Origin: a virus
Taxonomy: Duplodnaviria; Caudoviricetes
Virus record (IMG/VR): IMGVR_UViG_3300009553_000023
Location: 1,448 to 65,447 of that record
Reading direction: 5' to 3' (one strand)
DNA: 64,000 nt
The notes under the pieces are model-generated. The model saw only the letters and a program-made list of their open reading frames with translations, made no database searches and was not told the DNA's origin. A program made the translations under genes and the position numbers. Shown here piece by piece: positions 45,900 through 55,714 of the stretch. Positions within the stretch are counted from its first letter, which is position 1; each line of letters begins with the position of its first letter.

Positions 45900-46457
45900 G
45901 TGAGCGGGGAAGACGCTTTCGTGGATCAGCTCCAAGAGCACCCGATGGGCGGTATTCCCGGCCCACCCGACCCTCCGATCACTCCGGGCTTTGGAGGATG
46001 GCCGTCACGCGAGAGACTGAACTCGCTGGTCGCGACCCTCGGGATATTCGAGTGGTGCGAGGCCAACGGCCTTCTTGACGCTGAGATGGGCGAGCTACGC
46101 CGCGCCCGCGACGCCTTCATGTTCGACTGGGGGCCGACCGCCGAACGTTGGCGGGAGCAGCAGGGCAACGAGCCGGAGTCGAGCTGGTCACAGATGGCCG
46201 CGCTGCTCAAGGAGAACCAAGAGCTTCGCGCTGCGAGCGAGCAGACCGGAACGCGCACCGAGTACATCGTCGTCCACGGCGAACAGGCGGTGCCGCTGAC
46301 CATTCCACTCAAGGTGGACTTGGCCGAGGCCGAGCGAGTCCGAGACGCCTACAACCCGGTCGGCTTCAACGAGGTTTTCTCCGACATCCGCCTTCAGCAG
46401 CGCACCGTCACCGAGACACCCTGGGGAGACATTGAGGCAGAGGAGGCGTCGTGCTGA
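45900..46457 (+). CDS. hypothetical protein
   Basis: GGAGG RBS; coupled. Confidence 0.55.
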   Translation: MSGEDAFVDQLQEHPMGGIPGPPDPPITPGFGGWPSRERLNSLVATLGIFEWCEANGLLDAEMGELRRARDAFMFDWGPTAERWREQQGNEPESSWSQMAALLKENQELRAASEQTGTRTEYIVVHGEQAVPLTIPLKVDLAEAERVRDAYNPVGFNEVFSDIRLQQRTVTETPWGDIEAEEASC

Positions 46458-46678
46458 CCGCAACCGTCTCAGGTCTCTCTGCGTTGGTCCTCGTCGCTGC
46501 CTTTGCCTTCCTCTGCTTCTGGGCGCTCTGGGTCTCCAAAGACGTCCGCAAGCGAGAGGGGCGACGCCTACAGCACCCCAGGCGGGAGCAGCCGGTCGAC
46601 CTCGCTGCTGAGCGCCGGATCTTCGAGGCCGAACGAGACCGCCACGCCGAAGAGATCGTCTTGCGGAGGGCCGCTTAG
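46451..46678 (+). CDS. small membrane protein
   Basis: N-terminal TM; GGAGG RBS. Confidence 0.55.
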   Translation: MLTATVSGLSALVLVAAFAFLCFWALWVSKDVRKREGRRLQHPRREQPVDLAAERRIFEAERDRHAEEIVLRRAA

Positions 46679-47073
46679 TGACGTCCGAGCATCAACCAAA
46701 AAGAGACGCCCGAACTGGTGAGACAGCCGGGCGCCATACGACCAAGGGAGGTCCCCCTGTGGCCGCAGTACCAAACCCTACCGACCGAGCTGAGGCCCTT
46801 GAGCAGGTAGACAACGGCCGGCGCCTGGCAGTAGCGATGGAGCAGGAGCTTCTGGCCCAAGTCGCCCGAGGCGAAGGCTTCATCCCAGGGGCACTCGATG
46901 CCGAGTCGGCGCAGCGCATCGGCTCAAAGCTCCTCGACGCCCAAGGGGCGATCCTCGCCGCCGCCTACGAGGTTCCGCTTGAGGGCGAGACCCACCTGTA
47001 CAAGCAGTTCTGCGCCCTGCTGAAGCAGCTCGATGACATTGGGGCGGTTCTCTCGGAGAGGTTCGGATCGTGA
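46678..47073 (+). CDS. hypothetical protein
   Basis: Coupled ORF; true start may be an internal GTG after GGGAGG. Confidence 0.5.
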   Translation: MTSEHQPKRDARTGETAGRHTTKGGPPVAAVPNPTDRAEALEQVDNGRRLAVAMEQELLAQVARGEGFIPGALDAESAQRIGSKLLDAQGAILAAAYEVPLEGETHLYKQFCALLKQLDDIGAVLSERFGS

Positions 47074-47936
47074 GCGGGGAGGGGCAGGCGGTAGCGACCA
47101 AGCGCCGCGACACCACGCCGCTGCTTCGGCGGGACCCAGAAGGGCTAGCCCAGCACTTCGCACAGTCGGGGTACTTCAAGGACGCTTCCGACGTAAGCAA
47201 GGCGATCGTAAAGATCGTTGCTGGCGAAGAAGTTGGTCTAGGTCCGATGGCGTCGATGCAGGGCATCCACATCATCGACGGCAAGCCGAGTCACAGCGCC
47301 AACGTGCTGGCGACCCTCATCAAACGCTCCGAGAAGTACTCCTACAAGGTTCTACGCAGCGACGAGGAGATCTGCGAACTCGAATTCCTCGAGGACGGCG
47401 AGCCTCAGGGCATCTCGAAATTTACGATCGAGCGGGCGCAGAAGATGCGGGTCAAGGAGTACGGCGAATTGAAGCCATTGGCCGACACTCGCCGCTGGCA
47501 GAACTCGCCAGAGGACATGCTCTTCGCCCGTGCCATGTCGCGCGGTCATCGGAAGTTCGCCCCTGATGTCACCGCTGGAGTCCCCGCCTACACACCGGAG
47601 GAGCTCGGCGCTGAGGTCGACGATGAGGGCGAAGTCGTCTACGTCGAGAACGAGGTCGAGGTCACGGAGTCCCAGCCGGCGCCGACCCTTAATGAGGAGC
47701 AGGTCGAGCACCTCGACAAAGGCTACGAGCTAGCCAAGCCAGCCCTCGAAGAAAACGGCGTCAACGCTCTCGACGGGTTGAACGTCAGGCTCGGGGCGCT
47801 GGGGATCGACGGCTTCAACCCGAACGAATCGGTTGCCGAGCAGCTCGCGAAGCTGACCGAGGAGCAGGCCGAGGCGCTCGATGCCGACCTACAGCAGCTC
47901 GTGGACCAGGAGGCGGGTGAGCCTGATGGCGAGTAA
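47070..47936 (+). CDS. RecT-like single-strand annealing protein
   Basis: IVAGEEVGLGPMASMQGIHIIDGKP...WQNSPEDMLFARA...YTPEELG. Confidence 0.75.
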   Translation: MSGEGQAVATKRRDTTPLLRRDPEGLAQHFAQSGYFKDASDVSKAIVKIVAGEEVGLGPMASMQGIHIIDGKPSHSANVLATLIKRSEKYSYKVLRSDEEICELEFLEDGEPQGISKFTIERAQKMRVKEYGELKPLADTRRWQNSPEDMLFARAMSRGHRKFAPDVTAGVPAYTPEELGAEVDDEGEVVYVENEVEVTESQPAPTLNEEQVEHLDKGYELAKPALEENGVNALDGLNVRLGALGIDGFNPNESVAEQLAKLTEEQAEALDADLQQLVDQEAGEPDGE

Positions 47937-48792
47937 ACGCCCGCCCAACCGCACCGAGACCCTGCCCGATGGAACCGAGGTTGCCTTCTGGGACAAGGTC
48001 GGCGTCGATGGCAAAGGGCAACGTCGCTGCTACAGGGTCGGCGGGCGCGAAGAGACCTGGCCGTCCGTGTCGACGATCGCGGGCATCTACGCCATCCCGG
48101 CGCTGCCGCCCAAGGCGGTGAAGATGCAGGAGGAAGCGGTGATCGCGCTCGCCCAGAGCGGGGTGGACATCGCCAGCCTCACCCGCGAGCAGCTTCGAGC
48201 CAAGCTCTGGGAGGCCGGGACGCACTACGACGCGATCTGGGGCGAAGCCCGCAAACGCGGCGACGTGGCTCACGATGTGCTGCTGCGGCTCTGGCAGGGA
48301 GAGGTACCGAACCTGGCCGACTACCCAGACGAGCGCCCGTGGATTCAGGCGGGGTTGAAGTTCGCCCGCGACGAGGACCCCGAAGTCATCGACGCTGAGT
48401 ACTTCGTTGCTTCAACGACTCACAAGTTTGCGGGCCGCGGCGACCTGCTTTACGTGCCCCGCAAGGGACCACGTAAGGACAAGCTAGTCCGCCTCGATTT
48501 CAAAACCCAGACATCCTTCTCCTACCAACCACTGCGCAAAGGGGAAGAGGAGCCGGGTCGGTTGCGGCCCCCGTGGGACGAGTCGTTGATTGCACTCGCT
48601 GGGTACGAGCTCGCCGCAGTTGAGTCGGGCTATCTCCCCTCGGATGTTCGGTTGGTGGTCCGATTGGGTCCGGAAGGCGAATACGACGCGACTGAGAGTC
48701 ACGCGACCGAAACCGTCTTCCTGGCGGCTCTCACCGCTTATCGCGAGAAGGCCTATCTCACAAAGCCTCGCCCCGAGCCGGTGGTCGCATGA
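47926..48792 (+). CDS. PD-(D/E)xK exonuclease (RecE/Cas4-like)
   Basis: PSVSTI, RGDVAH, FAGRGDL...LDFKT; adjacent to the annealing protein. Confidence 0.8.
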   Translation: MASKRPPNRTETLPDGTEVAFWDKVGVDGKGQRRCYRVGGREETWPSVSTIAGIYAIPALPPKAVKMQEEAVIALAQSGVDIASLTREQLRAKLWEAGTHYDAIWGEARKRGDVAHDVLLRLWQGEVPNLADYPDERPWIQAGLKFARDEDPEVIDAEYFVASTTHKFAGRGDLLYVPRKGPRKDKLVRLDFKTQTSFSYQPLRKGEEEPGRLRPPWDESLIALAGYELAAVESGYLPSDVRLVVRLGPEGEYDATESHATETVFLAALTAYREKAYLTKPRPEPVVA

Positions 48793-49229
48793 AGCGGCGG
48801 GGTGGCAGCGGCCGATTCGAGCGGACGTTGACCGAGCGCATCTGCGAGCACGCGGCCTGTGGCAAGCAATTCTTGCCACGTTCCAGCACCCAACGGTTCT
48901 GCGGCAAACCGTGCATGTATGCAGCCCGGCGCGGAGCATGGTCCGGAACCGCCAATCCGCGATTTCGTGGCGGTCTCTCCCAGAACAAAACCACAGGCCG
49001 CTGGCTGATCGTTTGCCGCGACTACTCGCTCGTTCTCTTCTACCGCGCAGTCATGGAGGCACACCTTCGCCGGCATCTGCGCTCCGTCGAGATCGTCCAC
49101 CACATCAACGGCGATCCGACCGATGATCGCCTGGAGAACCTCGAACTCACCACTCGAAGTGAACACGTCGAGATGCATCGTGCCGAGTTGAATGCTGCTC
49201 GCGGTAACGAGAGCGAGCTGGTCGCATGA
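48789..49229 (+). CDS. HNH endonuclease
   Basis: EIVHHINGDPTDDRLENLEL....H...H. Confidence 0.85.
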   Translation: MKRRGGSGRFERTLTERICEHAACGKQFLPRSSTQRFCGKPCMYAARRGAWSGTANPRFRGGLSQNKTTGRWLIVCRDYSLVLFYRAVMEAHLRRHLRSVEIVHHINGDPTDDRLENLELTTRSEHVEMHRAELNAARGNESELVA

Positions 49230-50041
49230 CCGCCCCCGGGGCAGAAGTAGCCGAGGCACCCGAACTGGTCGAGCTGATCCCAGCGAGCGTCGAGGACCGC
49301 ACCGCCGAGTTCGAGCGAGAGGTCGCCAAGGCCCGCGAGATGGCCGAGGCGATCCCGGTCACCGACGAGGAGGAGGCGCGGAAGGCTCTCGAGTTCGCGC
49401 AGGGGCTGAAGCGTCAAGCCAAGGAGATCGAGGAGGAGCGGATCTCGCTGACCAAACCGCGCAAGGACGCCGCCGAAGAGATCAAGCGCCGCTACGACGC
49501 CGTGAAAGCACCGTTCGCGGAGGCCGAAGGCGTTGTGCTCGGCAAGCTCGGCAAGTTCCAGCGCAAGCGAGAAGACGAAGCCCGAGAGCGCCAGCGCGTC
49601 GAAGAAGAGGAGCGCCGGCGGATCGAGGAGGAGGCGCGAGCCAAACGGGAGGCGGCCGAGAAGGCAGAGCGCGAAGCCGCCGAGCTCGCCGCCGAAGCAG
49701 CAGACCAAGGCGACACGGAGGCCGCGGCGGAACTCGAGGCTGAGGCACGTAGAGACGCGGAGCGCGCCGCTGTCACTGAGCAGGCGATCCAGTCACTACC
49801 TGCCGAGCGTCCTGCCGCAGCTCCGAGCCTTGACGGTCTCGCGACCCCGAAACGCTGGGAGCCGGTGCTGACCGACCTGGCCAAGGTGCCCACTTACCTG
49901 CCCGATGGAACTCCTCTGATCGAGGTCCGGACCGGGCCGCTGCGCGCCTACATGTACGCACATCTGAAAGAGCACGGGTGCCCGCCGGAGGTCCCCGGCT
50001 TTGAGTTCAGGCAGGTCACCGGGACGCAGGTGAGGACATGA
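49226..50041 (+). CDS. coiled-coil phage protein (recombination-module associated)
   Basis: IEEERISLTKP..., long E/R/A helix, EVPGFEF C-terminus. Confidence 0.65.
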   Translation: MTAPGAEVAEAPELVELIPASVEDRTAEFEREVAKAREMAEAIPVTDEEEARKALEFAQGLKRQAKEIEEERISLTKPRKDAAEEIKRRYDAVKAPFAEAEGVVLGKLGKFQRKREDEARERQRVEEEERRRIEEEARAKREAAEKAEREAAELAAEAADQGDTEAAAELEAEARRDAERAAVTEQAIQSLPAERPAAAPSLDGLATPKRWEPVLTDLAKVPTYLPDGTPLIEVRTGPLRAYMYAHLKEHGCPPEVPGFEFRQVTGTQVRT

Positions 50042-50310
50042 TGGAGGCGACCCCTGCCAAACGCTGCTCGATGTGTTTCGGCCTCGGCTGGGTCACGGAC
50101 TGCAACGACCTGAACAAGCCGGGGCCGCGCATGGTCGAGTTCATCCCGTGCTTTCACCCCGAGTGTGACTGCTCAGGGCAGGAGATCCAGTCGCTCTGTT
50201 TCAAGGGCATCGAGTTCCAGCACGTCTCGATACACCCCTCCAAGCACTACGTGATGTCCGTCAGTGACCCGGTAGCGAGGGATGCCCTGGGAAGGGCTGG
50301 GGCTTCATGA
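50038..50310 (+). CDS. Cys-rich hypothetical protein
   Basis: CSMCFGLG; ATGA coupling. Confidence 0.5.
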   Translation: MMEATPAKRCSMCFGLGWVTDCNDLNKPGPRMVEFIPCFHPECDCSGQEIQSLCFKGIEFQHVSIHPSKHYVMSVSDPVARDALGRAGAS

Positions 50311-50479
50311 ACGCCCGCGACGCCGAGGTAGTGGAACTTGTCTGCGAAGCGTGTGGGTTCGCCCATTGCCTCAAAGCCGTCCTGATGTGCCCCTCTGCTC
50401 TTACTGCCGGTGTCTGTACCCGTGAGGAGTACGAGAGACGGCATGTGGAGGAACGACAGCAGCGAATGGGGGCTGCGGC

Positions 50480-50662
50480 GTGAGCAGGGTGAGCGTCTCG
50501 ATCCTGGAGGTGCCGGGCGACGTGGAGGTATTCCGCTGCACGGGCCCAGCCGAGGAAGTGGCCGAAGCCGTAGCCGAGGAATTCGAGCTCCTCGTCGAGG
50601 AAGACAGCGCTGACGCCAAGAGCGTCTACGTGGTCGAGATCAAGCGGGAGGTGGCGGCGTGA
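50480..50662 (+). CDS. small acidic protein
   Basis: GTGA coupling to ASCH gene. Confidence 0.5.
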   Translation: MSRVSVSILEVPGDVEVFRCTGPAEEVAEAVAEEFELLVEEDSADAKSVYVVEIKREVAA

Positions 50663-51048
50663 TCTTCAAGCCCGAGCTGGCAGAGGCGATCCTTCGCGGC
50701 GAGAAGACAGCGACTCGCCGGAAGTTCAGCGACAACCGACGCTCGCCCTGGTGGGAACACGGTTGCTCCTACATGGTCGGCCAGGTTTTCACGATCAATC
50801 CCGGCCGTGGTGTCCCACGTGTGGGCGAAGCTCGCGTCACGGCGGTCTACTCAGAGCCGCTCGGCCACATGGTCGAGGCCGACGCACTGAAGGAGGGCTT
50901 CCGGCCCGAGGGCACAGCCACTGCACTCGCTGCTTTTGACGAGTCCTGGGAGACGATCAACGGCGAGTACTTCGCTGACGAAGCGGTTTGGGTTATCGAA
51001 TTCGAGCTTGTAGGGGAACATCAGCAGGTAGTGGGGAGGGCAGCGTAG
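50659..51048 (+). CDS. ASCH domain protein
   Basis: MIFKPELAEAILRGEKTATRR...DALKEGF...VWVIEF. Confidence 0.85.
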   Translation: MIFKPELAEAILRGEKTATRRKFSDNRRSPWWEHGCSYMVGQVFTINPGRGVPRVGEARVTAVYSEPLGHMVEADALKEGFRPEGTATALAAFDESWETINGEYFADEAVWVIEFELVGEHQQVVGRAA

Positions 51049-51626
51049 TGGGCGATCGCTCACCCGCAAGCGTCCGAGGCCAAAGAGGCCGAGGCATGGG
51101 CGGCCACTCGGTACCCAACGGTGGCCTGAGCAACGAGTGGTACACGCCGCCAGGAATCTTCGAGGCACTCGGGATCTCCTTCGACCTCGACCCCTGCCAC
51201 CCCGCAGAGCGCTTGCCTTGGATCCCAGTCGAGCACACCTACGACAAGGCCGACGACGGGCTAGCGCAGCCTTGGTCGGGGCGGGTGTGGATGAACCCTC
51301 CCTACGGCGCCGAGACAGATCCCTGGCTTGAGCGGTTTGTCGAGCACGGCAATGGCATCGCTCTAGTTTTCGCTCGGACCGAGACCGAATGGTTCCACCG
51401 CCATGCCCTCGCGGTCGACGCATGGTGTCTGATCCGGGGGCGACTTACCTTCGTCTACGCCGACCGCACACCGTCGCGCTACAACGCAGGCGCTCCCTCA
51501 GTGCTACTTGCTGCAGGGGATGACTGCAGCACTGCGCTCCTTAACTGTGGCCTCGGAATCACCGTCAGTGTCAACGAGCGCTCAGCCCTCGGTCAGGCAT
51601 CGATCTTTGCGGGGGCCACAGCGTGA
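51048..51626 (+). CDS. phage N6-adenine DNA methyltransferase (Dam family)
   Basis: EWYTPP, FDLDPC, DGLAQPWSGRVWMNPPY, ARTETEWF. Confidence 0.88.
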   Translation: MGDRSPASVRGQRGRGMGGHSVPNGGLSNEWYTPPGIFEALGISFDLDPCHPAERLPWIPVEHTYDKADDGLAQPWSGRVWMNPPYGAETDPWLERFVEHGNGIALVFARTETEWFHRHALAVDAWCLIRGRLTFVYADRTPSRYNAGAPSVLLAAGDDCSTALLNCGLGITVSVNERSALGQASIFAGATA

Positions 51627-52450
51627 CCCGCGCCTGCGCGTACGAGCCCTGTGGCCGCGGCTTCGAGCCAGGCCATCCTCGTCAGAGATTCTGCACCCCG
51701 ACGTGCCGAGCGAATCAGCACTACGTGGACAACCCCGAGAAGGGCCGGCAACTCCAGGATGGTGCGTTGCGGTGCGTTGCAGAGCAACCTCTGCGAGAGG
51801 TCCGGGGCCAGCAGGAGGAAGGAGCCTCCGCCGATTACTTGATCTTGGCCCGCGAGCAGATCGGCCGCACCTTGCTGGCCACCGGTTGGTTCACCGCTGA
51901 CGACCTCGAGCCACTTGGCATCCCGAAGCGATTCCGCCGTTCAGTGCATGGTTCAGCAACTGGCTACTTCTCGGGCGAGCTTGGGTGCATGGTGGAAGCC
52001 GGTCGACGCAAGTCAGAGCGCCCGGCGCGCAAGGGCGGCAAGAACACGGTTTTCCGCATCACCGCGAAAGGTCGCCGCGAACTACCTGTCCTCCTCAAGG
52101 ACATGGAGGGCCCGGTCCGAGATGCATCCAAACGCTTGTACGGAGATCAACTCGCCGGAGTGGGGGGAGGGTTCGTGGCTGGTTCTCGCTCCGTCTCCGC
52201 CGCGACCGGTCACTCCCCCCATTCGGGCGAGACCCCCGCCGGGGTGAGCAGCGAGCAGTCGGTGCATTCCTCTCCCGCCGATGCCTCTCCCTCGCTCGCT
52301 GCTCATCCGGGTGGGACTCCCCAAGGGGACCCTGGCGCTCTGACTGGTAGCGCCGGGGAGCCCCACCCCTCTTGTGAACCAGTACCGCTGTTTGAGGAAG
52401 AGGAGCGGCCACGCTCTGCCTTCACCGATCCTGAGATGGAGGCTGCCTGA
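51623..52450 (+). CDS. Zn-finger/winged-helix-like hypothetical protein
   Basis: C.YEPCG..F......RFCTPTCR; coupled. Confidence 0.55.
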   Translation: MTRACAYEPCGRGFEPGHPRQRFCTPTCRANQHYVDNPEKGRQLQDGALRCVAEQPLREVRGQQEEGASADYLILAREQIGRTLLATGWFTADDLEPLGIPKRFRRSVHGSATGYFSGELGCMVEAGRRKSERPARKGGKNTVFRITAKGRRELPVLLKDMEGPVRDASKRLYGDQLAGVGGGFVAGSRSVSAATGHSPHSGETPAGVSSEQSVHSSPADASPSLAAHPGGTPQGDPGALTGSAGEPHPSCEPVPLFEEEERPRSAFTDPEMEAA

Positions 52451-53373
52451 TGGCTGACCACGGAACCGCGATCGAGTGGACCCAGGCGCCTGGCTTCAAG
52501 GGCGAGACCTGGAACCCTGTCACCGGCTGCGACCGCGTCTCGCCTGGCTGTGCTCACTGCTACGCGCTCGACCTGGCGGCGAAGTTCAAGGGCTGGGGCC
52601 AGAAGCGCTACCAGAACGACGGCGACCCAAAAACTTCGGGTCCCGGCTTTGGGCTGACCCTTCACCCCGACAAGCTGGAGGAACCGTTGCGCTGGCGCAA
52701 GCCCCGCATGGTGTTCGTCAACTCCATGTCGGACCTCTTCCACGAGGCGATTCCCTTCGACTACATCGCAGACGTCTTCGACGTGATGGCGTCGGAGCAA
52801 TGTGAGCGCCACATCTTTCAGGTGCTCACGAAGCGGCCCGAGCGAATGATCGAGTTCCTTCAGTGGCACGGGGAATACGTGACCGGCGACCGACCCGCCA
52901 GCGTCGCGTTTGACGTGTGTAGTTTCGTGCCGAACGTCTGGCTCGGCGTCACGATCGAGAATCGCCGATTTGTACATCGGGCCGACCTTCTGCGGGAGAT
53001 GCCTGCGGCCGTACGGTTCATCAGCGCTGAGCCGTTGCTCGGCCCTCTGGTCGGTCATTGGACCGAGGAAACCGGCGACTATGGCGCTACTCATGGGTGG
53101 GAGCACGTCTGGCCGGATGGCTCCACAGAGGGTGACCCCCTCGACCTAACTGAAATCGACTGGCTTATTTCCGGCGGCGAGTCAGGCCCAAGGCACCGGC
53201 GCTTTGATCCCCAGTGGGCGCTCGACCTTCGGGATGCCTGCGAGGCCTCCGGGACGGCTTTCTTCCACAAGCAGAACGGTGGCCGCACACCCAAAGCAGG
53301 AGGTCGCGAACTAGGCGGTCGCACCTACTCAGATTTCCCGGCTGCCCTGCAAGCAACAACGGGGGCAGCTTGA
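52450..53373 (+). CDS. DUF5131 (phage Gp37/Gp68) family protein
   Basis: TAIEWT..TWNPVTGCDRVSPGCAHCYA, FVNSMSDLFH, ISAEPLLG, GGESG. Confidence 0.9.
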   Translation: MADHGTAIEWTQAPGFKGETWNPVTGCDRVSPGCAHCYALDLAAKFKGWGQKRYQNDGDPKTSGPGFGLTLHPDKLEEPLRWRKPRMVFVNSMSDLFHEAIPFDYIADVFDVMASEQCERHIFQVLTKRPERMIEFLQWHGEYVTGDRPASVAFDVCSFVPNVWLGVTIENRRFVHRADLLREMPAAVRFISAEPLLGPLVGHWTEETGDYGATHGWEHVWPDGSTEGDPLDLTEIDWLISGGESGPRHRRFDPQWALDLRDACEASGTAFFHKQNGGRTPKAGGRELGGRTYSDFPAALQATTGAA

Positions 53374-53424
53374 GGACCCATGCCATGGCAAGGGGAGATC
53401 GACAACTGCGGGGTGGGCTGCTAG

Positions 53425-53769
53425 ATGGCGAAGCCGCCAGCGTTCCAGTTCTATGCGAAGGACTGGGTCATGTCCACCAGGACGATCCCCGCCGAGGCGC
53501 GGGGCATCCACATCGACCTGCTCTGCTTCGCGTGGGAGGAGGAGGGCCTGCCCGCCGACTTGGAGGGGCTACACACCTTCGTCGGTCTGAGCAAGCGCAA
53601 GTTCAAGGCCCTCTGGGATGCACACCTTGCCCATCGGTGGGAGAGCGACGGCAACGGCAAGCTGGTGAATCCCCGGATCGAGGAGGAGCGTCGCAAGCAG
53701 AAGGAGTGGCGGAAGAAGTCTGCAAAGGGCGGTCGCGCCAGTGCCAAAGCAAGAGGCAAGCAAAAGTGA
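53425..53769 (+). CDS. DUF1376/YdaU-like replication initiator N-terminal domain
   Basis: PPAFQFYAKDW......EARGIHIDLLCFAW...LVNPRIEEER. Confidence 0.8.
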   Translation: MAKPPAFQFYAKDWVMSTRTIPAEARGIHIDLLCFAWEEEGLPADLEGLHTFVGLSKRKFKALWDAHLAHRWESDGNGKLVNPRIEEERRKQKEWRKKSAKGGRASAKARGKQK

Positions 53770-54272
53770 ACCACCCTTCAACCTTACGCTTTAAGGGTGG
53801 TGCGAAGGGTGGTTCAACACTGCAGTTTGCACCTTGCAGTTTGCCTAGAGAACAGAACCCCCCAATCCCCCCGCAGGCGGTGGCGCTGGCGAGCGATCCC
53901 GTTCCCATCGAGGTCCGCCGACTACGAGTCGCCAACGGCTCCCGACGCAAGCGTGACCTCGCCGCTGTTCGGATGGCCGAGGAACTCCAGCGCCTCGAGT
54001 CGGTCGGCCAGGCTGACGCCGAGGTCCACCGCTGCTGGGCGGAGGCGAAGGAGCGGGTCGAGGCGAGCGTCCCGCCGTCGACCTTCGCGAACTGGATTGC
54101 TCCGGTCGAGCCGGTCGGCGCCACCGAGAGCGCCATCGTCCTCACCGCCCCCGCTGGCATCCGAGCCTGGACTGAGCGCCGGTATTCCGGCCTGATCCGC
54201 GACGCCCTCGCTGCCAGCGACGGTCCCTACAGCGAAATCGAGTTCGTGGGGGAGGGGGAGCCGTGCCGGTAG
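53766..54272 (+). CDS. initiator C-terminal part with DnaA N-terminal-like domain
   Basis: NPPIPP linker; WAEAKERVEASVPPSTFANWIAPV......IVLTAP....WTERRYSGLI. Confidence 0.7.
   Translation: MNHPSTLRFKGGAKGGSTLQFAPCSLPREQNPPIPPQAVALASDPVPIEVRRLRVANGSRRKRDLAAVRMAEELQRLESVGQADAEVHRCWAEAKERVEASVPPSTFANWIAPVEPVGATESAIVLTAPAGIRAWTERRYSGLIRDALAASDGPYSEIEFVGEGEPCR
53767..53844. repeat. putative origin iterons
   Basis: 13-bp perfect inverted repeat TGAACCACCCTTC/GAAGGGTGGTTCA, extra AAGGGTGGT, and TGCAGTTTGC x2. Confidence 0.6.
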
Positions 54273-54811
54273 CGGAGAGCAGCCAGTGCATGGCGGCCTT
54301 GGCGAAAGCGAATCGCATTCGTCTCGCCCGAGCCGCTCTCAAACGCCGCGTTCGCTCGGGTCAGGTCACCGTCGAATCGCTACTGACCGTCGGCTCGCCC
54401 ATTCCACCGGAGGCAGAGTCGATGACGATCGCCGAACTCCTCGGCTGCCAAGTTCGCTGGGGAGAGACGAAGGTCCGGAAGTATCTCGCTGCACTGAGCA
54501 TCGGCGGCCACGTCGCCCTGGCCAACCTGACCGACCGACAGCGCAAGCTGATCCTCGAAGGCCCGGCTGAGCCCGAGCGCAAACGGCCGCCCGCTCGCCT
54601 GGATGGCCCTCGCCTGCTCGCATGGTTGGAAGAGCGCCGACTTCTCTCCGAGGACGTTCGCGTTAGCAGCAAGACGTTCAAGGGACGGTTTCAGCGCTGG
54701 CGGAGGGGAGCGTCGGTGACGCTGGACACGGCCGACCACACGCTCCTTACGCTCGGCCTTCACCTCTCCGAACTGCCGCCGCACCTTTACCTAAGCGGTG
54801 AGCAAGCGTGA
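54263..54811 (+). CDS. actinobacterial IHF (mIHF/sIHF, H2TH) homologue with C-terminal extension
   Basis: ALAKANRIRLARAALKRRVRSG...MTIAELL....RWGETKVRKYL..L.I.......LTDRQR..I. Confidence 0.8.
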   Translation: MPVAESSQCMAALAKANRIRLARAALKRRVRSGQVTVESLLTVGSPIPPEAESMTIAELLGCQVRWGETKVRKYLAALSIGGHVALANLTDRQRKLILEGPAEPERKRPPARLDGPRLLAWLEERRLLSEDVRVSSKTFKGRFQRWRRGASVTLDTADHTLLTLGLHLSELPPHLYLSGEQA

Positions 54812-54993
54812 GGATCTTCAAGCGGACCGCCGAACTCGAAGACCGGGTGGAAGGCCTGGAGTTACTGCTGGCCGAGCTACTGCGCGCTCAAGATCCTCAG
54901 CCCACTGAAGAGCGCCCGCGCGATCGGGCCTTGCCGCCTGGTGGTTGTCGCCCGCCGGCGCCCGTGCCCAGTCCGAACCGGAGCGACTCATGA
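54808..54993 (+). CDS. small hypothetical protein
   Basis: GTGA coupling. Confidence 0.5.
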   Translation: MRIFKRTAELEDRVEGLELLLAELLRAQDPQPTEERPRDRALPPGGCRPPAPVPSPNRSDS

Positions 54994-55153
54994 AGGTCGA
55001 CGTCCCAACCTCCCCGGAGATCCTGGCCACGGTCCCCGGGCGCTGTCCTGAGTGCAATGCCGCCATTCGCGTAGACGACCCGATCGTCGAAGTACTGGCG
55101 ACCAAAGCTTGGGTGCATCCGGAGTGCGTTCCGGTTGAGGAGGCGCGGTTCTA

Positions 55154-55714
55154 GTGCGCTATGTCTGCGACCAAGGCTGCATGGAGGAGGGCACGAAGAA
55201 GAACCCGCCACCCCGTACCTGCCCAACCCACGGCTCCCCGTTCGTCTACGAGAAGCAGCTGCGCCGCTCGACACCGCTCAAAGCGGTCAGCGGCGGGAAC
55301 CAAGAGGCAGTCCGCCGCCGCGGCTCGACCCTCAAGCGAGGGAAGGGCTTCGAGGCCTCACCGCAACAGCGCGAGAAGGTCAAGCGGATGCCCTGTCTGG
55401 CCTGCGGCAGGGAGGCGACCGAAGACGGGAGGGTGACGATCGACCCCGCTCACGTCTGGCCCCAGGGCAAGGGCGGCTGCAAGGACCCCGACTGCGTCTT
55501 TCCGCTCTGCAGGGCCGCCGACTACTCCTGCCACACGCTCTTTGACGAAGGCAAGCTCGACCTCCTCCCGCGTCTAGCCGAGCAGGCTGAAAGCTGGGCC
55601 ACAGAGATCGCCCATCCGATTCTCTGCCACGGGGTGACGCTGATCGAACTGGTCCGGCGTCTCGCCGGCAACCGGCAGGAACTCACATGGGTTGAGCGGG
55701 AGGTGGCGGCATGA
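55154..55714 (+). CDS. HNH-like (beta-beta-alpha-Me) Zn-binding nuclease
   Basis: CLACG...IDPAHV...GG....VFPLCR....CHTLFD. Confidence 0.7.
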   Translation: MRYVCDQGCMEEGTKKNPPPRTCPTHGSPFVYEKQLRRSTPLKAVSGGNQEAVRRRGSTLKRGKGFEASPQQREKVKRMPCLACGREATEDGRVTIDPAHVWPQGKGGCKDPDCVFPLCRAADYSCHTLFDEGKLDLLPRLAEQAESWATEIAHPILCHGVTLIELVRRLAGNRQELTWVEREVAA

